Shown here piece by piece: positions 24,801 to 37,234 of a stretch of DNA of 64,000 nt (the first letter of the stretch is position 1; each line of letters begins with the position of its first letter). The position numbers were made by a program, and so were the translations under genes. A model generated the notes under the pieces. It was not told where the DNA came from. It searched no databases and worked only from the letters and a program-made list of their open reading frames with translations. The stretch is from Phallusia mammillata (Eukaryota), in assembly GCA_965637545.1 (NCBI GenBank), contig OZ281494.1, positions 35,402,001 to 35,466,000 of the forward strand, in the 5' to 3' direction.

Positions 24801-27800
24801 CGTTTTTTTGCTCAAACTAACGCTTCGAAAATCGTTTAAATATCAAACTTAAAACCTTTATATGTGGGCTGTAAAAAAATCGTTTCAACAATCACTTTGT
24901 CATCGTAAGCGCAACACGTCAATCTACTTAAACCAAGCTGTATAAAGCAACGAAGGTGTTGTTTGTTTATGTTGCGTTTTTCAATTTGCACACATGCAGG
25001 CACGCAGACAAGGTTACCTCATTGCTATCTGAAAACATGTTACTTAAACAACTGCATTAATGCGCCATTTTTTTCCCTGAAAGCGGTAGCTCAGTAACAA
25101 TAAAAAATTTGCATCGTACCAACCAGAATTAAATAGCAACGAATTCATTATTTATTGCGCTTTCCGTTGTACAATTGTACCTAACATAAAACTGTTCAGA
25201 TCTTTTTTGTCAATTCGACTACTTCATAAAAAAGACAATTCGTTTCTGCTGTAACAGATGCATTGGAGTTGTCCCTTTTAATTTACCTAACAACTCACTT
25301 AACAGAATATCTGTGTTTACTGATTTACAAAACAATCTATAAGCGCTCTGTGGTACAGTTAAAAAACAAACCCAGCGCCTCACACAGACTTCTTGTATCT
25401 GTCTTACATCAACTGAAAAAGCTTTAACATCGACTACGATCTACTTTTTTCTCGCCACGTCGCCTCTACAAAAATAACCCCTAGCAAGTCACAAGCCTCG
25501 TTGGTTTGCAGGCATAAAGGCGAGGGCAACTTCTGTCACGTCACGCACCTGACACGTCAAAGTAGACAGGCTCCATAATTGAAAAACAGAGCTTTGTTCG
25601 TCTACGGACGTCTACAGAGGGTACGTGCTACTGGTTCGTACGTAATTTTTGTTTCAAATGCACTATTTCAAACTAAAAACGCTCAACACATTGACCAGTC
25701 CAAGCTTGAATTATTGTATTGTTTTTGTAGATGTGAAAGCGAGTTTTTTGTTTCACCATGCGGTTAACCCGTTAGTTACTCGGCACGTTACTGCGCCGTT
25801 CCGGGTTCAATACATTAGCGCGTCACAATGTTTTCGGAGAAGTAATAAACAAACGAACTGAAATCCAGTACACCTATGTGAAAATTCCAAGACTCTGTCC
25901 TGACAAGCTCAGAAGCAGCTAAGGTCAAGGACGGTGGCATTGGTTTAGTTTGTGTCAAACTAATTAATCTTGCGGATTTTCAGAGTTCATAGAGTCGCCA
26001 CAAACACTTTTTCACTGGGTTCGAACCGAACAGGCTCCGGGGAACGAGACCACTTGTGTATTTATGCAAATTTCTTTTTTAACACATGGTGATGCTGTAA
26101 CGCGTTGCTACATTTAGTTGAGAACATGTGCCTGGCGCTATGAAAAAAACGATCCTGACCGTGCACAGACGAAAAAACCTGATCGAGATTCTTCCCAGGG
26201 AGCGTCCTTGGTTCGAACCCCGTAAAAAAGTTTATGGCGACAAACGTGTTTATGATATGTGACGAGCCGCACGGTTATTTGGGACGGCACAAACTAAAAC
26301 CAATACCACCGTCCTTAACCTTCACAGCTCCTGAGCTTTTTAGGACAGAGTTGTGTATCACAAGTTAGTTGTTCTAAAACAAACAAATCAAACAAAAGGG
26401 GAACGTTTCAAACAATTCAGATTGTCTGTCAAGAATACGCATCGCACTTACATCACACACAGAACTTCACATAAACTAGTCACGTTCGGGTAAGGCACAA
26501 ATGTGAAGTAACTCACCTGACACGGAAAAAGCACGCATGTTTGGTAATTGGAAACGAGAGTTGAGTCTGCGTTACACACATCACCAAACGTTAACAAAAT
26601 ACCATTACTGAATCTGTACGTAACTGGCATATTGTCTAAGCTGCTTTATGGTTTACAGAGATTATTTTGCTGAAACATTGGGAAGGTTGCTTTTATAACC
26701 AATCTACATCAAATGCAAACAAAAAATATGTGTCGTTTTCGTTCCCAAATCTAAACCAAACTAAAACAAACGTTTGTTTAAGTGTTCTGAAAATACACCA
26801 TCTGAGATATTGTTTTTTTTTAAATGAGCAATATCAAATAACCACCAAGCAAAACTGCTACAAGCTTGGGTGATTGTATTGTGCTGCGTTCTTAAGCTGC
26901 GCTCAGATACTGAAAAAACGCGGCACATTTTGTACGAATTTTAGTTTTACCCTTTTTGCCTAGAGATTTTTCTGTGTCTTTTTCTGAGTAGTGAGTGTTT
27001 AGGAATTTATCGCGAATCCTGTCACATCTCTACATAGTTTCGGTGCGCCTACACAACTTAATTTTGAAACACGCTGTGACGTTATAACATTCTACTACAC
27101 TTTTTGGTCAATGACAAAAAAATATTACAAGTTTATCATGTTTTCCTTAGTCATCTCATCCCTGCAAACTAACAGATTGAAGTAAAGGCGAGTGCTGTCG
27201 CAGTAAATGTGAGATTTTCAATCACGTGCACAACCAGATGAAATGTCGTTTTAAGTTTCGGTTGACTGTGTAGCAAACTCAATTGTCCAAGAAACAAAAA
27301 TTGTTAAAATTTGAGACAAATTTTAGGAAGCTTTCTAAACATGCAGGCGCAGCGTTTTTCTCCAACTAAAGCTGTAAAATTTGTTCAAATATCAAACTAT
27401 GAAAGCATTTTAGGTGCCCTGTAAATATTCTTGTTTCAACAATCACTTTTGTCATCGTCAGCGCAACAAACGAAATCATATTAAACCAAGCTGTACGAAG
27501 CAACTATGGTGTGTTTTTACTTTGCACACACGTACACAAGCAAGCAGCCAAGGTTACCTCATTGCTAGCAAACAATATGCTACTGGAACATTGGCTTTAT
27601 TTCGCTATTTTTTCCCGAAAGTGGTTGCTCAGTACCAATAAAAAGATCCATCGTATCAACCAGAATGAAATAGCATTGAATTCATTATTTATTGTGCTTT
27701 CCTTTGTACAATTGTACCTAACATAAAACTGTTCAGATCTGTTTGTCAGTTAGACTATTTCATAAAAAAGATTCTTCGTTTCTGCTGAAACAGATGCCTG

Positions 27801-28483
27801 GGACTCGTCCCTTTGGATTTACCAGTATATCTGTGTTTGCTAGATTAGAAAACAATCGGTATGCGCTTCGTACTATTAGTTTAAAAACAAACCCAGCCCC
27901 TCACACAGACTAACTGTATGTGCCTTGCATTAACTCAAATAGCTGGTCTGCTTTCTTCTCCCTACGTCGCCTGACTTCTCCACAAATAACCCCCAGCAAA
28001 TCCGCAAGCATAGTTGGTCGGCGCGCAAAAAGGCGAGGGCAACTTCTGTCACGTCACGCACCTTACACGACAACGGCAGGCAGGCTCCGTAATTGGAAAC
28101 CAGAGCTTTGTTCCCGACTGCGGTTGCACACTTTGTTGAAACTGTACGTACCTACCCTCGTCTACAGAGGGTAGGTGCTTCAGCTTTGTACGTTATTCTT
28201 GTTTCAAATGTACTATTTCAAGTGGAAAACGCTCAACACAAGTTGACCAGGCCAATCCCGAATTATTGTAGAGTTTTTGTAGATGTGAATGTCCTGACAA
28301 GCTTAGGATCTGCTAAGGTTAAGAACGGTGGCATTGGTTTAGTTTGTGTCGAACTAATTAATCTTGCGGCTTTTCACAGATCATAGTGTCACCACAAACA
28401 CTTTTTGACTGTGGAGCAAGCACAATTGCCTCGTCAACGCAACTCGTGCTACTGGCACATTGACATTACGTCGCCGTTTTTCC
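21830..28483. repeat. Recent ~6.4-6.65-kb tandem duplication, unit 2
   Basis: Near-identical to 15420-21830. It lacks ~190 bp equivalent to 19660-19857 and carries ~500 bp (27305-27795) that is missing from unit 1 at ~21135. Confidence 0.92.
23233..23749. mobile_element. hAT MITE, duplicated copy of 16840-17356
   Basis: Same TIRs, same gctacaag TSD and same flanks: one insertion copied by the tandem duplication. Confidence 0.95.
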
Positions 28484-29633
28484 CCAAAGGGGTTGCTTAG
28501 TACTAATCCAAAAAAAATCATGGTATCAACCATAATTTAATGGCAATGATCGACGTGGTGACATCCTGGTGCAGTAACAACAGTGTTTACAGCAAAACAT
28601 GCGATTACGTCAAAAGCGTAGCGTGCGGGCTCCAGTGACGTCACAAATGACCGGGTTTATTAGACCGAATGCATGTTATTGGCGCAATATCTAAAGACTA
28701 ATTATGTGCCACAAAATATTTTTTACAACTTCAACTTCAATTGTTCTTGTTTCCACAAAAACAGCAATACCGTTGTAAGAAAAGAGAATTTGTTGTTGTC
28801 CCCCGTTTATTGAATTGGAATTCTTGGAATAAGTTCATTAAATTGGTTTTAATGAAAGATTGAGGAATAATATACTCGTACAGCAATTCAACGGTAATTT
28901 GCAGAACCATAACTGTGTAGCAATACAACAATGTTTTTTTTAGAGCAATTGGTTTCAAATGTCCGAATGTTAATATTGGCGTAACACAGCTGAGGTGCCT
29001 TTGTCGTTTGTCACGGTGGTGACTTTGCCAGGAACACGGCTGGGTTGGTTAAAGGTCAGTAGGGGAGCAAATACGCAAGCATAGTTTTTTGGCGCACAGA
29101 AAGGCAAGGGCAACTTCTGTCACGTCACGCATCTTACAGAAGAAAGAGAGACCATCTCCGTAATTGAATACCAGAGTTTTGTCCACGACTGCGGTTGCAC
29201 ACATTATTGAAACTGTACGGACCTACCCACGTGAGGGTACGTAGTTCAGCTTGGTACGTTATTTTTGTTTCGCTTGAAAATTGAAAACGCTCAACACAAG
29301 TTGACCAGGCCAAGCTTAAATTATTGTAGTGTTTTTGTAGATGTGAATGCGAGGTTTTTGCTTTACAAAGCGGTTATCGCGTTAGTTACTCGGGGTACGT
29401 TAATGCGCCTTTTCTGGTTCCATATCTTATCTTAGCGCGTTGCAATCTTTTGTAGGGAAGTAACAAACAAACGAACTGTGCAAGACAGATGTGTGAAAAA
29501 TCCAGCACTCTCTCCTAACAAGCTCATGAGTTGCTAAGGTCAAGGACGGTGGTTATTGGTTTAGTTTGTGTCGAACTAATTACCCTTGCCTTATTTTTTT
29601 ACAAATTATAAAGTCGCCACAAACACTTTTTCA

Positions 29634-29733
29634 CTGGGTTCGAACCTAACAGGCTCCCGGGAACGAATCCCGATCAGTTTTTTTTTAATGTCTGAATATG
29701 GGTCAGGCGCTCCAGACCATACGGCCAAGTTCC
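29634..29733 (-). mobile_element. tRNA-derived (SINE-head-like) element with A/B boxes
   Basis: Minus strand GGAACT-TGGCCGTATGG-TCTGGAGCGC-CTGA CCCATAT TCAG-...-GGTTCGAACCC. The anticodon-like hairpin is kept, but there is no acceptor-stem 3' strand. Confidence 0.65.
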
Positions 29734-30695
29734 TGCCCCTAAATTTAAATTTCAAAACAGCAATTCTGCAAAATTTAATAGCGCCAACTAGTGTATAAAA
29801 ACAAATTTCTTTTTTTAGCACGTGGTGATGCTGTAACGCGTTGATACATTTTGTTGCAACACGTGTCTGGCGCCATACCCACATACAGACATAAAAAACT
29901 GATGTTGATTTAAACCCGGTAAAAAAATTCATGGAGACAAACGAGTTTATGTTCTATGACGAGCCGCAAGGTTGATTAGTTCGACACAAACTAAACCAAT
30001 ACCACCGTTCTAAACTTCGCCACTCCTGAGCTTGTCAGGACGGAGACGTGTATCAGAAGTTAGTTGTTCTAAAATAAACAAATTAAATGTAAGGCGATGT
30101 TTACCACGGGAATAGTGGGTTTGCGAAAAATAAAATCGGTAACCACAAAATAATGGTATATAAACGACCTTCACAAAAAGGTGGAATATTGTACAGAAGT
30201 AACAAAAATGTTTAAACTTAATGAGCTTGGTATATATGAGCACAATTATTTCATTACGAGTAAGACTGGGAAATTTACATGTTGGTTTTACTGCCATTTT
30301 TTCAAACCCAAGCCTTACCCGTCCGCATTTTTTCACAAATTGTTCCTATTCGCAAACGCTTATTGCGCCATCTATCGATGTTAAGCAAACTTTTTTGAGG
30401 TCAGTTTTTACTTAAGTAGAATTTCTTCTTGGCTGAGAGGCTTACGCTGTCACGCTGGTTTTTCGAACCGTCTGTCGCTACGTATTAGTGCTATCGTGTT
30501 TAGATCCTTCTTACTGTCTCCCGCTAGGTGTCAAGTCTAAGTCTTTCTTAGAAGAACAGACACGGACACAGTACTTCAACAACAACAAACCTATTAAAGA
30601 GCTCGTGTACAATCGCTAGGCTTGGTCGGTTTCCGGTGAAAATTACCCTATATAAGTAACGTAAAATTGAGTGTGGCGGTTTCTGTCAGGTAGAG

Positions 30696-30930
30696 CAATG
30701 GTCGGCAACCGCCGATCCGCGGCCCGGTACCGGTCCGCGACGAGTTCGTTATGGGACCGTAAAAATGTTTCAGGTTAAATGCTTCAAACGATTTTGCCCA
30801 TGTATCCTGGGGATTATATACTAATTTAGGCGTTTTTATTGCTAAATATTTGTAGTTTTTTAAGACCGGTCCGAGGTAAAATTTCAGTTTCAAAAACGGT
30901 CTGCAGTGCAAAAAAGGTTGGCGACCCCTG
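30696..30930. mobile_element. hAT MITE, 235 bp
   Basis: TIRs caatggtcggcaacc / ggttggcgacccctg; TSD aggtagag / aggtcgag (7/8). Confidence 0.85.
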
Positions 30931-31489
30931 AGGTCGAGTGTAAAGGATTTTTAGAAGTGAGTTAAATACCACAAAGGCAGATACGGTGCAGATACAAATG
31001 ATTGGGCTGAAAATCTTTTTAAGCAAGGGAAATCATTTGTCTGGTGTGTGCATTTCACCAAAGATAACATACAATCAAGAACAAAACCAAAGTGGATCAA
31101 GATTGGTGGATAACTATCCCAAATTTTATCATAAAAATGTTAAACCAAATTGACTTCTTCCAGAATGGAAAATAAAAAGCAAAACATGAGTTGCTAAAAA
31201 AGAAAATCAACCAGAAATTAGATTTTAGAATCGGCAATAAGGGCTAATCAAAAATTATAATTTGGAAAATAAATGTGTATATGTCCTTTATTAAGTGAAA
31301 AGTGTCAAACAGCTGTATTTATGAAAGTCCACAGAATCAAATAGTAGTAAATGAATTTCTTCAGTTTCTTAGTTTTTTAAAGGCTCTTCCATCAAGCCGT
31401 GACTTTCATTTAAACACACTCACAGTTCACCATGTTACCAATCTTTAAATTTTTTCAAAAAACATTTTCCTGTAAGCTTTTTTGAGTAA

Positions 31490-31930
31490 CAGGAAGACCT
31501 CTGTTTTTATGAGTGAGACGCTTGGTTTACTTGGAGATCACAATCCTTGTTGCCGTTATGATCACTTGTTCCTTCATCGCCAACCCGTGGATATTTGATT
31601 GGTGCTGGCGCACAAAGACAGCGAATTTTCGTCACTTGGCCCAAAAGACAGATGTGTTTTGGTTTTTCGCAACAGCAACACCGAGTTTGCCCCAAGCAAG
31701 ACGCGACAAGGTAAGCAAATTCGCAGTGGAAACAAGAAGCAATGTGACATGTGCTACTACCACTGGCGTTTTGGCGACGATGTTAACTAATGGTGCTTAT
31801 CATATTCACAGAAAAACAAGGCAGGTTGCCTGTAATGACTGGGACAAATCTTCAGCCTTTTCTTTATATGGGACTGATATACTTCTGGACCCCATTTATT
31901 AGTTGACACGGGTGCTGAAGACAGTCTATT
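31490..31930 (+). pseudogene. Ty3/Gypsy gag + aspartic protease fossil (CsRn1/Mag-like by motif style)
   Basis: Frameshifted pieces: MSETLGLLGDHNPC..HLFLHRQPVDI*LVLA; LAQKTDVFW; CYYHWRFGDD (31751-); FIWD*..SGPHLLVDTGAEDS with DTG at 31905-31913. Confidence 0.75.
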
Positions 31931-32290
31931 CAGGCGCCTCTTGCCCGAAAAGTTGTTTTTTTAGCAATGGAAGAATTTCAGACGAAAGTACTGACTTTTC
32001 CCCAAATAAAAAATTCGATCTCGATGGAGAACGGAGTAACAATGTATGTGCAACATATTCTATCCGGAAAATAATGCATCAGTTCTGTTTAGATAATCTT
32101 AGGTGATCTGCAATTTCTTAAGATAAAGTGCTCTATTTGTCGGCTAGAAAGAAATGAAAGCATTTAGTACATTTTGCTCTCCTGATTTCTCATCCAAATT
32201 TCCATTTTCCGAACAAATGCTTCAAGCTTGAAAACAAAACTGTAACAGAACTGTTCGAACTTTCGAACGACAGATTTACATGGTTTAGAG

Positions 32291-33076
32291 CAGGGTTGTT
32301 CAATCTTTTAGGCCAAAGGGCCACATGTAGTTTACAAATCATTGCGCAGGCCACTTGAGTGTTACTGCTAATTTGTAATCTTACTAATGGCTGTCATATC
32401 ATTTCTAATTAAAATCTTCACACCGAAATTCTTATCATGGAAATGTGTATTATCCATAAAAAGAACAATACGCATACAAAGGTATAGTAAAGTCAAAGTT
32501 TTTACTATACACGGCGACATTTCAATGAAAAGTTTGGGTCCGTTTTTTCTCTAACAAGTTTGGCAATATTCGGTGAGATGGACGATGTAGCAATGCGAAG
32601 CGAATTTTCCAAATGGCTATAAGAAATTACGGATCTTACAGGGGCTTTCTTGAAATATTCTGTTAGCGTTATTTGCTTTTCGTTTCCTATTTGGCATAAT
32701 CTATATCACTGCAGAGTGGGGAAGATATTTTACTGATCAATGCGTTTTGCGCGAGTCTGATATTAGATGTACCTCAATGAATCAAGAAATATTACTGACT
32801 GACTCTTGAAGCACGAGTAAGGTTATGGACGTAACAAAGTAGAAATTGTGATGCGAAACAATGTGCATTGTGATGCAATAAAAGTAACTCGAACAGTTGT
32901 GTATTACTCTATCAAGAAAGAAATAAAGCAACCAATAAATGCCGATGTAAGTTCGCCATAAATTGCGTAGGCGATTAAGTTGATGATATAATTCATTTCT
33001 TAAAATACCACGCGGGCCACTCAGAACCTTCATGCGGGCCACATGTGACCCGGGGGCCACAGGTTGGACAACCCTG
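32291..33076. mobile_element. hAT non-autonomous element, 786 bp
   Basis: TIRs cagggttgttcaatc / ggttggacaaccctg; perfect TSD gtttagag. Confidence 0.92.
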
Positions 33077-33229
33077 GTTTAGAGCCTGGAATATATTTGA
33101 CAAATGAGCAAACTGTGGGATAAACTCTTCGTTCTCTAAATCGTTTTTGAAATCGTGATTTTTATCCCTAAAATATGTGACTAATTCATGTCGTAATTCA
33201 AAGACCTTTTATTTCATATTACCGCATCA

Positions 33230-34529
33230 GAGCCAGCGCACTTCTGTAATAAAGTAGACATTTGTGATCAGAACTGAGATCTTTGCAGAGTCGGACAAAC
33301 AGGCTGGTGTTCAGGTCTGACCCTATGACGAAATTCACAATTTTGGTGATTCTACTCAGACAGTATAATATATAGGTGGAAGCACCTTGTCGCAAAAAGC
33401 ACACTTATGTATGAAACAATGTACAAACAAAGCCTTTGGTGACAGAGATTTTACATGGGCTTAAAATCCCGACTTTCGACCAAGCATGGATGGATCACCT
33501 TCTCTTGTGCGGTAGAGCTATTGACTGGGTGCCTCCTAGCAGATCCAAAAGTGCCTAATTTTCGATAGGTGGCGCAAAGAGAATATTTTTACATTTCATT
33601 TAAGCTCTACTCTCTTGTGCACCTGACTAATGTTTACCAATCCAGGTCATGTATGAGGAGTTGGCTCAAAGGCTCGACACAACTATTCTTTTCGTTTTAG
33701 CAGACATCAGCCCCTGGCTAAGCAACAATTCCATGTACACAGCATTGTTTTGTTTAAAGCGGACATAAACGAGTAACTGGACACATCAAGTTGTATTGTA
33801 TTACAAAACCAAACTTGAATCTTTCCAGTCTGACAGTTACTTGCTCTGCAGTGTCAAGTGACGTTTCTTAAATGCTGTGTTTTACAGTGTCGTTAGAAAG
33901 CGACACACTATCTAACTTTGCCAGCACTGAATCTTTGCTTAACAGGATTCTGACTAATATTTTTGCTGCTGGTAATGCAAGCGACTCCGCAATAAGTTTT
34001 CTTGTTCTAGGCCACTAGATAGGACACTTTATAAGATGCTTTTACAACACCTGCATTCCTTTTGGTAAAACTACCCTGTCTGATCCATGAGCTGTCGCTT
34101 CACATTTTCAGACTACACTCTGCGGCAAAGCTGTTAGTTTCGAAAATCGGGTCAAATTGTCGGGTTTTCGATTCCGGTTTTAAAAGGTTTGGAGGTTCGG
34201 TAGGCGGTAAAACCGGCTATAAATGGTTTGAAAGTGGAATATATCGGCGAAACCCCTATCCAAAATCGGATTTTTCTTAGGTTTTTGATGGTTGGTTGGA
34301 AATGAATACACGTCATACAGCAATAATGATGTCATAAACGCAGTTCAGTAAATACAGTAGAAATGAAAATATTAAAAAAGCGATGGCGACTAATTTGAGT
34401 CAACTTAAGAAGAATTTGTTGCAATGCTTGACCTGACTCAAAAAAATATTGTGGATCGAAGGAAGCTACTCGTTTACAACTTAAAAAGCTCCTGCTGGTG
34501 GTACTCGTTCCACAGGTTGAGAATCATTG
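33230..34529 (-). pseudogene. Charlie/Buster-type hAT transposase fossil (SCAND3/ZBED5/ZBED8-like) with one TIR
   Basis: Minus-strand pieces KASYKVSYLVA*NKK, IAESLALPAAK, SVSLSNDTV, IQLDVS, LLVYVRF, PSMLGRKSGF*AHVKSLSPKALFVHCFIH, KIVNFVIGSDLNTSLFVRLCKDLSSDHKCLLYY. TIR caatgattctcaacctgtggaacgagtacc at 34529. Confidence 0.8.
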
Positions 34530-35307
34530 CCTAAATGAAATAAACTCTGTAAACCACAAACATACCTTGATTTTCACAAACATAGCATATTTTCACAGCA
34601 ATAACCCTAAACGTAGATAAAAGCAAACGATGGGTAAACTCGCAGTGGAAACTATACCTTGTGCTTTTAACAAATCCCAAATACATTTCGGTCACAAAAC
34701 ACTAATTAACGACTTAAAAAATAAAAACAATTCTACCCTTCTGCTCTCGACTGGTGGGAAACTTTCGAAAAACAACCATTTTTGCGACTAACCTCAAACT
34801 AGTTATAAAAGTTGCAAATTAGTGGGAAAAACAATTTGAGAAATTTTGGCGCCAATAAGCCCTCAAACTTTAGACTCAAATATAAAATTATTAGAATTGT
34901 AAGATAAATAAAACAAATACCGAAACGACCCTATATCGTTCCGAAATTCCGAACTGGAATTATCGTAACTTACAACGATGATAAAAATGAAGACTTCTTT
35001 TTCAGTATTGAGGCCCTTAACCAAGTAACTGTGTACGAACTGCAGTGTACGATCGCTTAAAACAAATAACCAAATCAAAACCGATGCAGATGAAACTTAT
35101 TACCCTTTATTCTACTTCAACTTATAGCAAAAACCTAACACTAATAATGATGCTGCCTATAATTTTCTTTTATCCCAAATTAAGTCAAGTTGAATTAGTT
35201 CTGTAGAATTTATCTGCATTTTTGGCCAAATATGAAACAATTATCACATTTACCACAATATTGGAACTGCAATTAAATTTGATAAAGTAAAACAATCTCA
35301 TTTTGTT

Positions 35308-35565
35308 CTAGTAATGATCAACAACGAAAAGGCTTTCGAACCTATAGATCATGATTTTATATACAATATAATGGAAGAAATAACAATAAATATAGGTGCC
35401 TAAAACTCGATTAAAATTTTATGCAAAGACATAAAGAGCACTGTAAATGTAAACGAAAAATTATGAGGACCAATTCAAATAAATATGGATGTCCGACAGG
35501 GATGTGGCCTGTCAATGTTACTTTACGTGGCCATGGCCGAGTCCTTAAAAAGAGCAATGACGGAG
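35308..35565 (+). pseudogene. Non-LTR (L1/Tx1-like) reverse-transcriptase fragment
   Basis: One frame with two stops: LVMINNEKAFEPIDHDFI...IKILCKDIKSTVNVNEKL*GPIQINMDVRQGCGLSMLLYVAMAESL, matching the LDxEKAFDxVxH and GVRQGCPLSPLLY RT motifs. Confidence 0.8.
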
Positions 35566-36268
35566 GAGTAACATCCTGCCCTTGTCACTGAAAAACGACA
35601 AATCAGTTCCTCAACCTACAGCATAGCGAGAGAGTTCTAGTTGGCGAGCTTACTGCTGATGGCAAGGAGGTCTCATTCTGTTGAGCCAAATCTAAACATT
35701 TCACCATTGTCCTTAAAATGACGCCTCTATATGGATGTCATAACGTATTCCAAACAATATCTTTTACTTCAAATCCTTGCTGATTTTGATTTTAGCAGCA
35801 GTAGCAGTAGTACTGTCCATTCTTATTGTTATTCGCAGTTTTAGATGGATTGTCCTTGGTGTAAGGCGGTTTTATACATTAGGAATAAAAAAATACAAAT
35901 CAACTATTTAGTATTTATAACTTGAGAATTTCGACACTAAGGGCTAATGATCACCAAAACCTTGTTTTGAACTTCTTTTGCTTCACACAAGTTATTTCAT
36001 CCGCCATATTGTTTGTTTATTGAATAGAATCACCGTATTTTTCATTAACAAGCTTATTGGGAAGAAGATTAAAGCCACACAGAGTAAGAATTTGATGAAA
36101 TTCTAAAAGTAATATTTTTGTATCAGCCTACATGCCAAAGTTATGTTTGCTTGACAGTTCAAATTGGCAGAACAACAAATAGAAAACTATTGAAGATAAA
36201 TAAAAGAGAATTTTTTTTTTGGAAGATATTGTTCCTGCTGATAGATGGCTTAAAACTTTGAAATTTCT

Positions 36269-36404
36269 GGAACTTGGCCGAATGGCCTGGCGCGCCTGAC
36301 CCATATACAGACATAAAAAAAAACCTTGATCGGGATTCGTCCCCGGGAGTGTCCTGGGTTCGAACCCCGTGAAAAAAAAATTAAAAAAAAAAAAAAAAAA
36401 AAAA
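36269..36404 (+). mobile_element. tRNA-derived element with consensus A and B boxes followed by an A-rich tail
   Basis: A box TGGCCGAATGG 36275-36285 (fits TRGCNNARYGG); B box GGTTCGAACCC 36357-36367; near-pure poly(A) 36372-36404. No TSD found. Confidence 0.7.
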
Positions 36405-37228
36405 GAATTCTATTCCTAACTGAAAAATTGTTATCAACTTTCCCGTGGATAAGACGCCGCATCAAAATCAACATTTCTATGATTAAGACAACCAAATCAA
36501 AACATCCCAGGCTCCTGGAATAGATACTACACATACAACACTGATTTGGTACATAGCGCTACTAGCGGTGCAGTTTGGCGTTGTTTGTTACCAATGGCAA
36601 CCACGGCTGTCACTGAGGATTTATACTTATCCCAAGGTTTACATACGAAAAGTCCCAAGACAGCGAATAAAAATTAAATAGGCATACTTTTATTTCCAAG
36701 CACATTGCCTGAGTGTGTAATAGCCGTTTTTAATTACAACACCACGTAATTCGATTTAAATCTTGGCACTGACAACATAACTTTCCATGATTATGCCAGC
36801 CTTGAGTCACTTCATACCAGCCTTGGAATAAGAGGTTGGACAATATTTACTTCGCGTTATGAGCTTAGGAATCCGTGGCTACTGTAAATTGCATTTTTCA
36901 TGTATTGTATTGTATTAATGTGTTATTATATTTCTTTTTGTAAATTTAAAGTTTATACTTTTTATATGTTGAACTTAAAATATTATGTATTTTACAGTAC
37001 GCCAGGCCACATATTTATACATTTTAAGTTTAGACTTATTTGACGCAATACATTAAAGAAGTTTTTGAAAGGTTTTCCTAATATCTCAACTCACCACTGA
37101 AATCCAAACATATTCAGAAAAAATTCCAAGGAGTGGCAGTACTGGAGCCAGCACATGCACATAAATACATAATTATTTTACGCATTTATGAAGCTTGTGA
37201 CTAAAACCTCATTTAAAAATTTGTTTTC

Positions 37229-37234
37229 TTTATT
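37229..37234 (-). terminator. Candidate polyadenylation signal of NLR paralogue 2
   Basis: AATAAA on the minus strand ~140 nt downstream of the predicted stop. The DNA is AT-rich, so a chance match is possible. Confidence 0.4.

Larger units (their letters stand above)
9940..30320. repeat. Non-coding macrosatellite-like array of diverged ~2.6-3.8-kb monomers
   Basis: Module cacttacatcac..aacctc.cataaa..gtctcgttcg recurs at ~9970, 12640, 16470 (partial), 20290, 22860 (partial), 26440. Module tcaacatcgac..ctccacaa..agcaagtcacaagcctcgttgg recurs, whole or in part, at ~11730, 13220, 15340, 19020, 21270, 21840, 25400, 27920, 29070. Module order is broadly shared. No credible ORFs. Confidence 0.8.

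Noticed and set aside
29634-29733. Functional tRNA-Met (CAT loop)
   Set aside because: No 3' acceptor strand, T-arm one base short, C at position 33 and an oversized variable region; treated as tRNA-derived only.
9940-30320. CRISPR-like, rRNA or snRNA gene array
   Set aside because: Eukaryotic context with no short repeat-spacer periodicity; I found no 5S, U1, U2, U4, U5 or U6 signature by eye.
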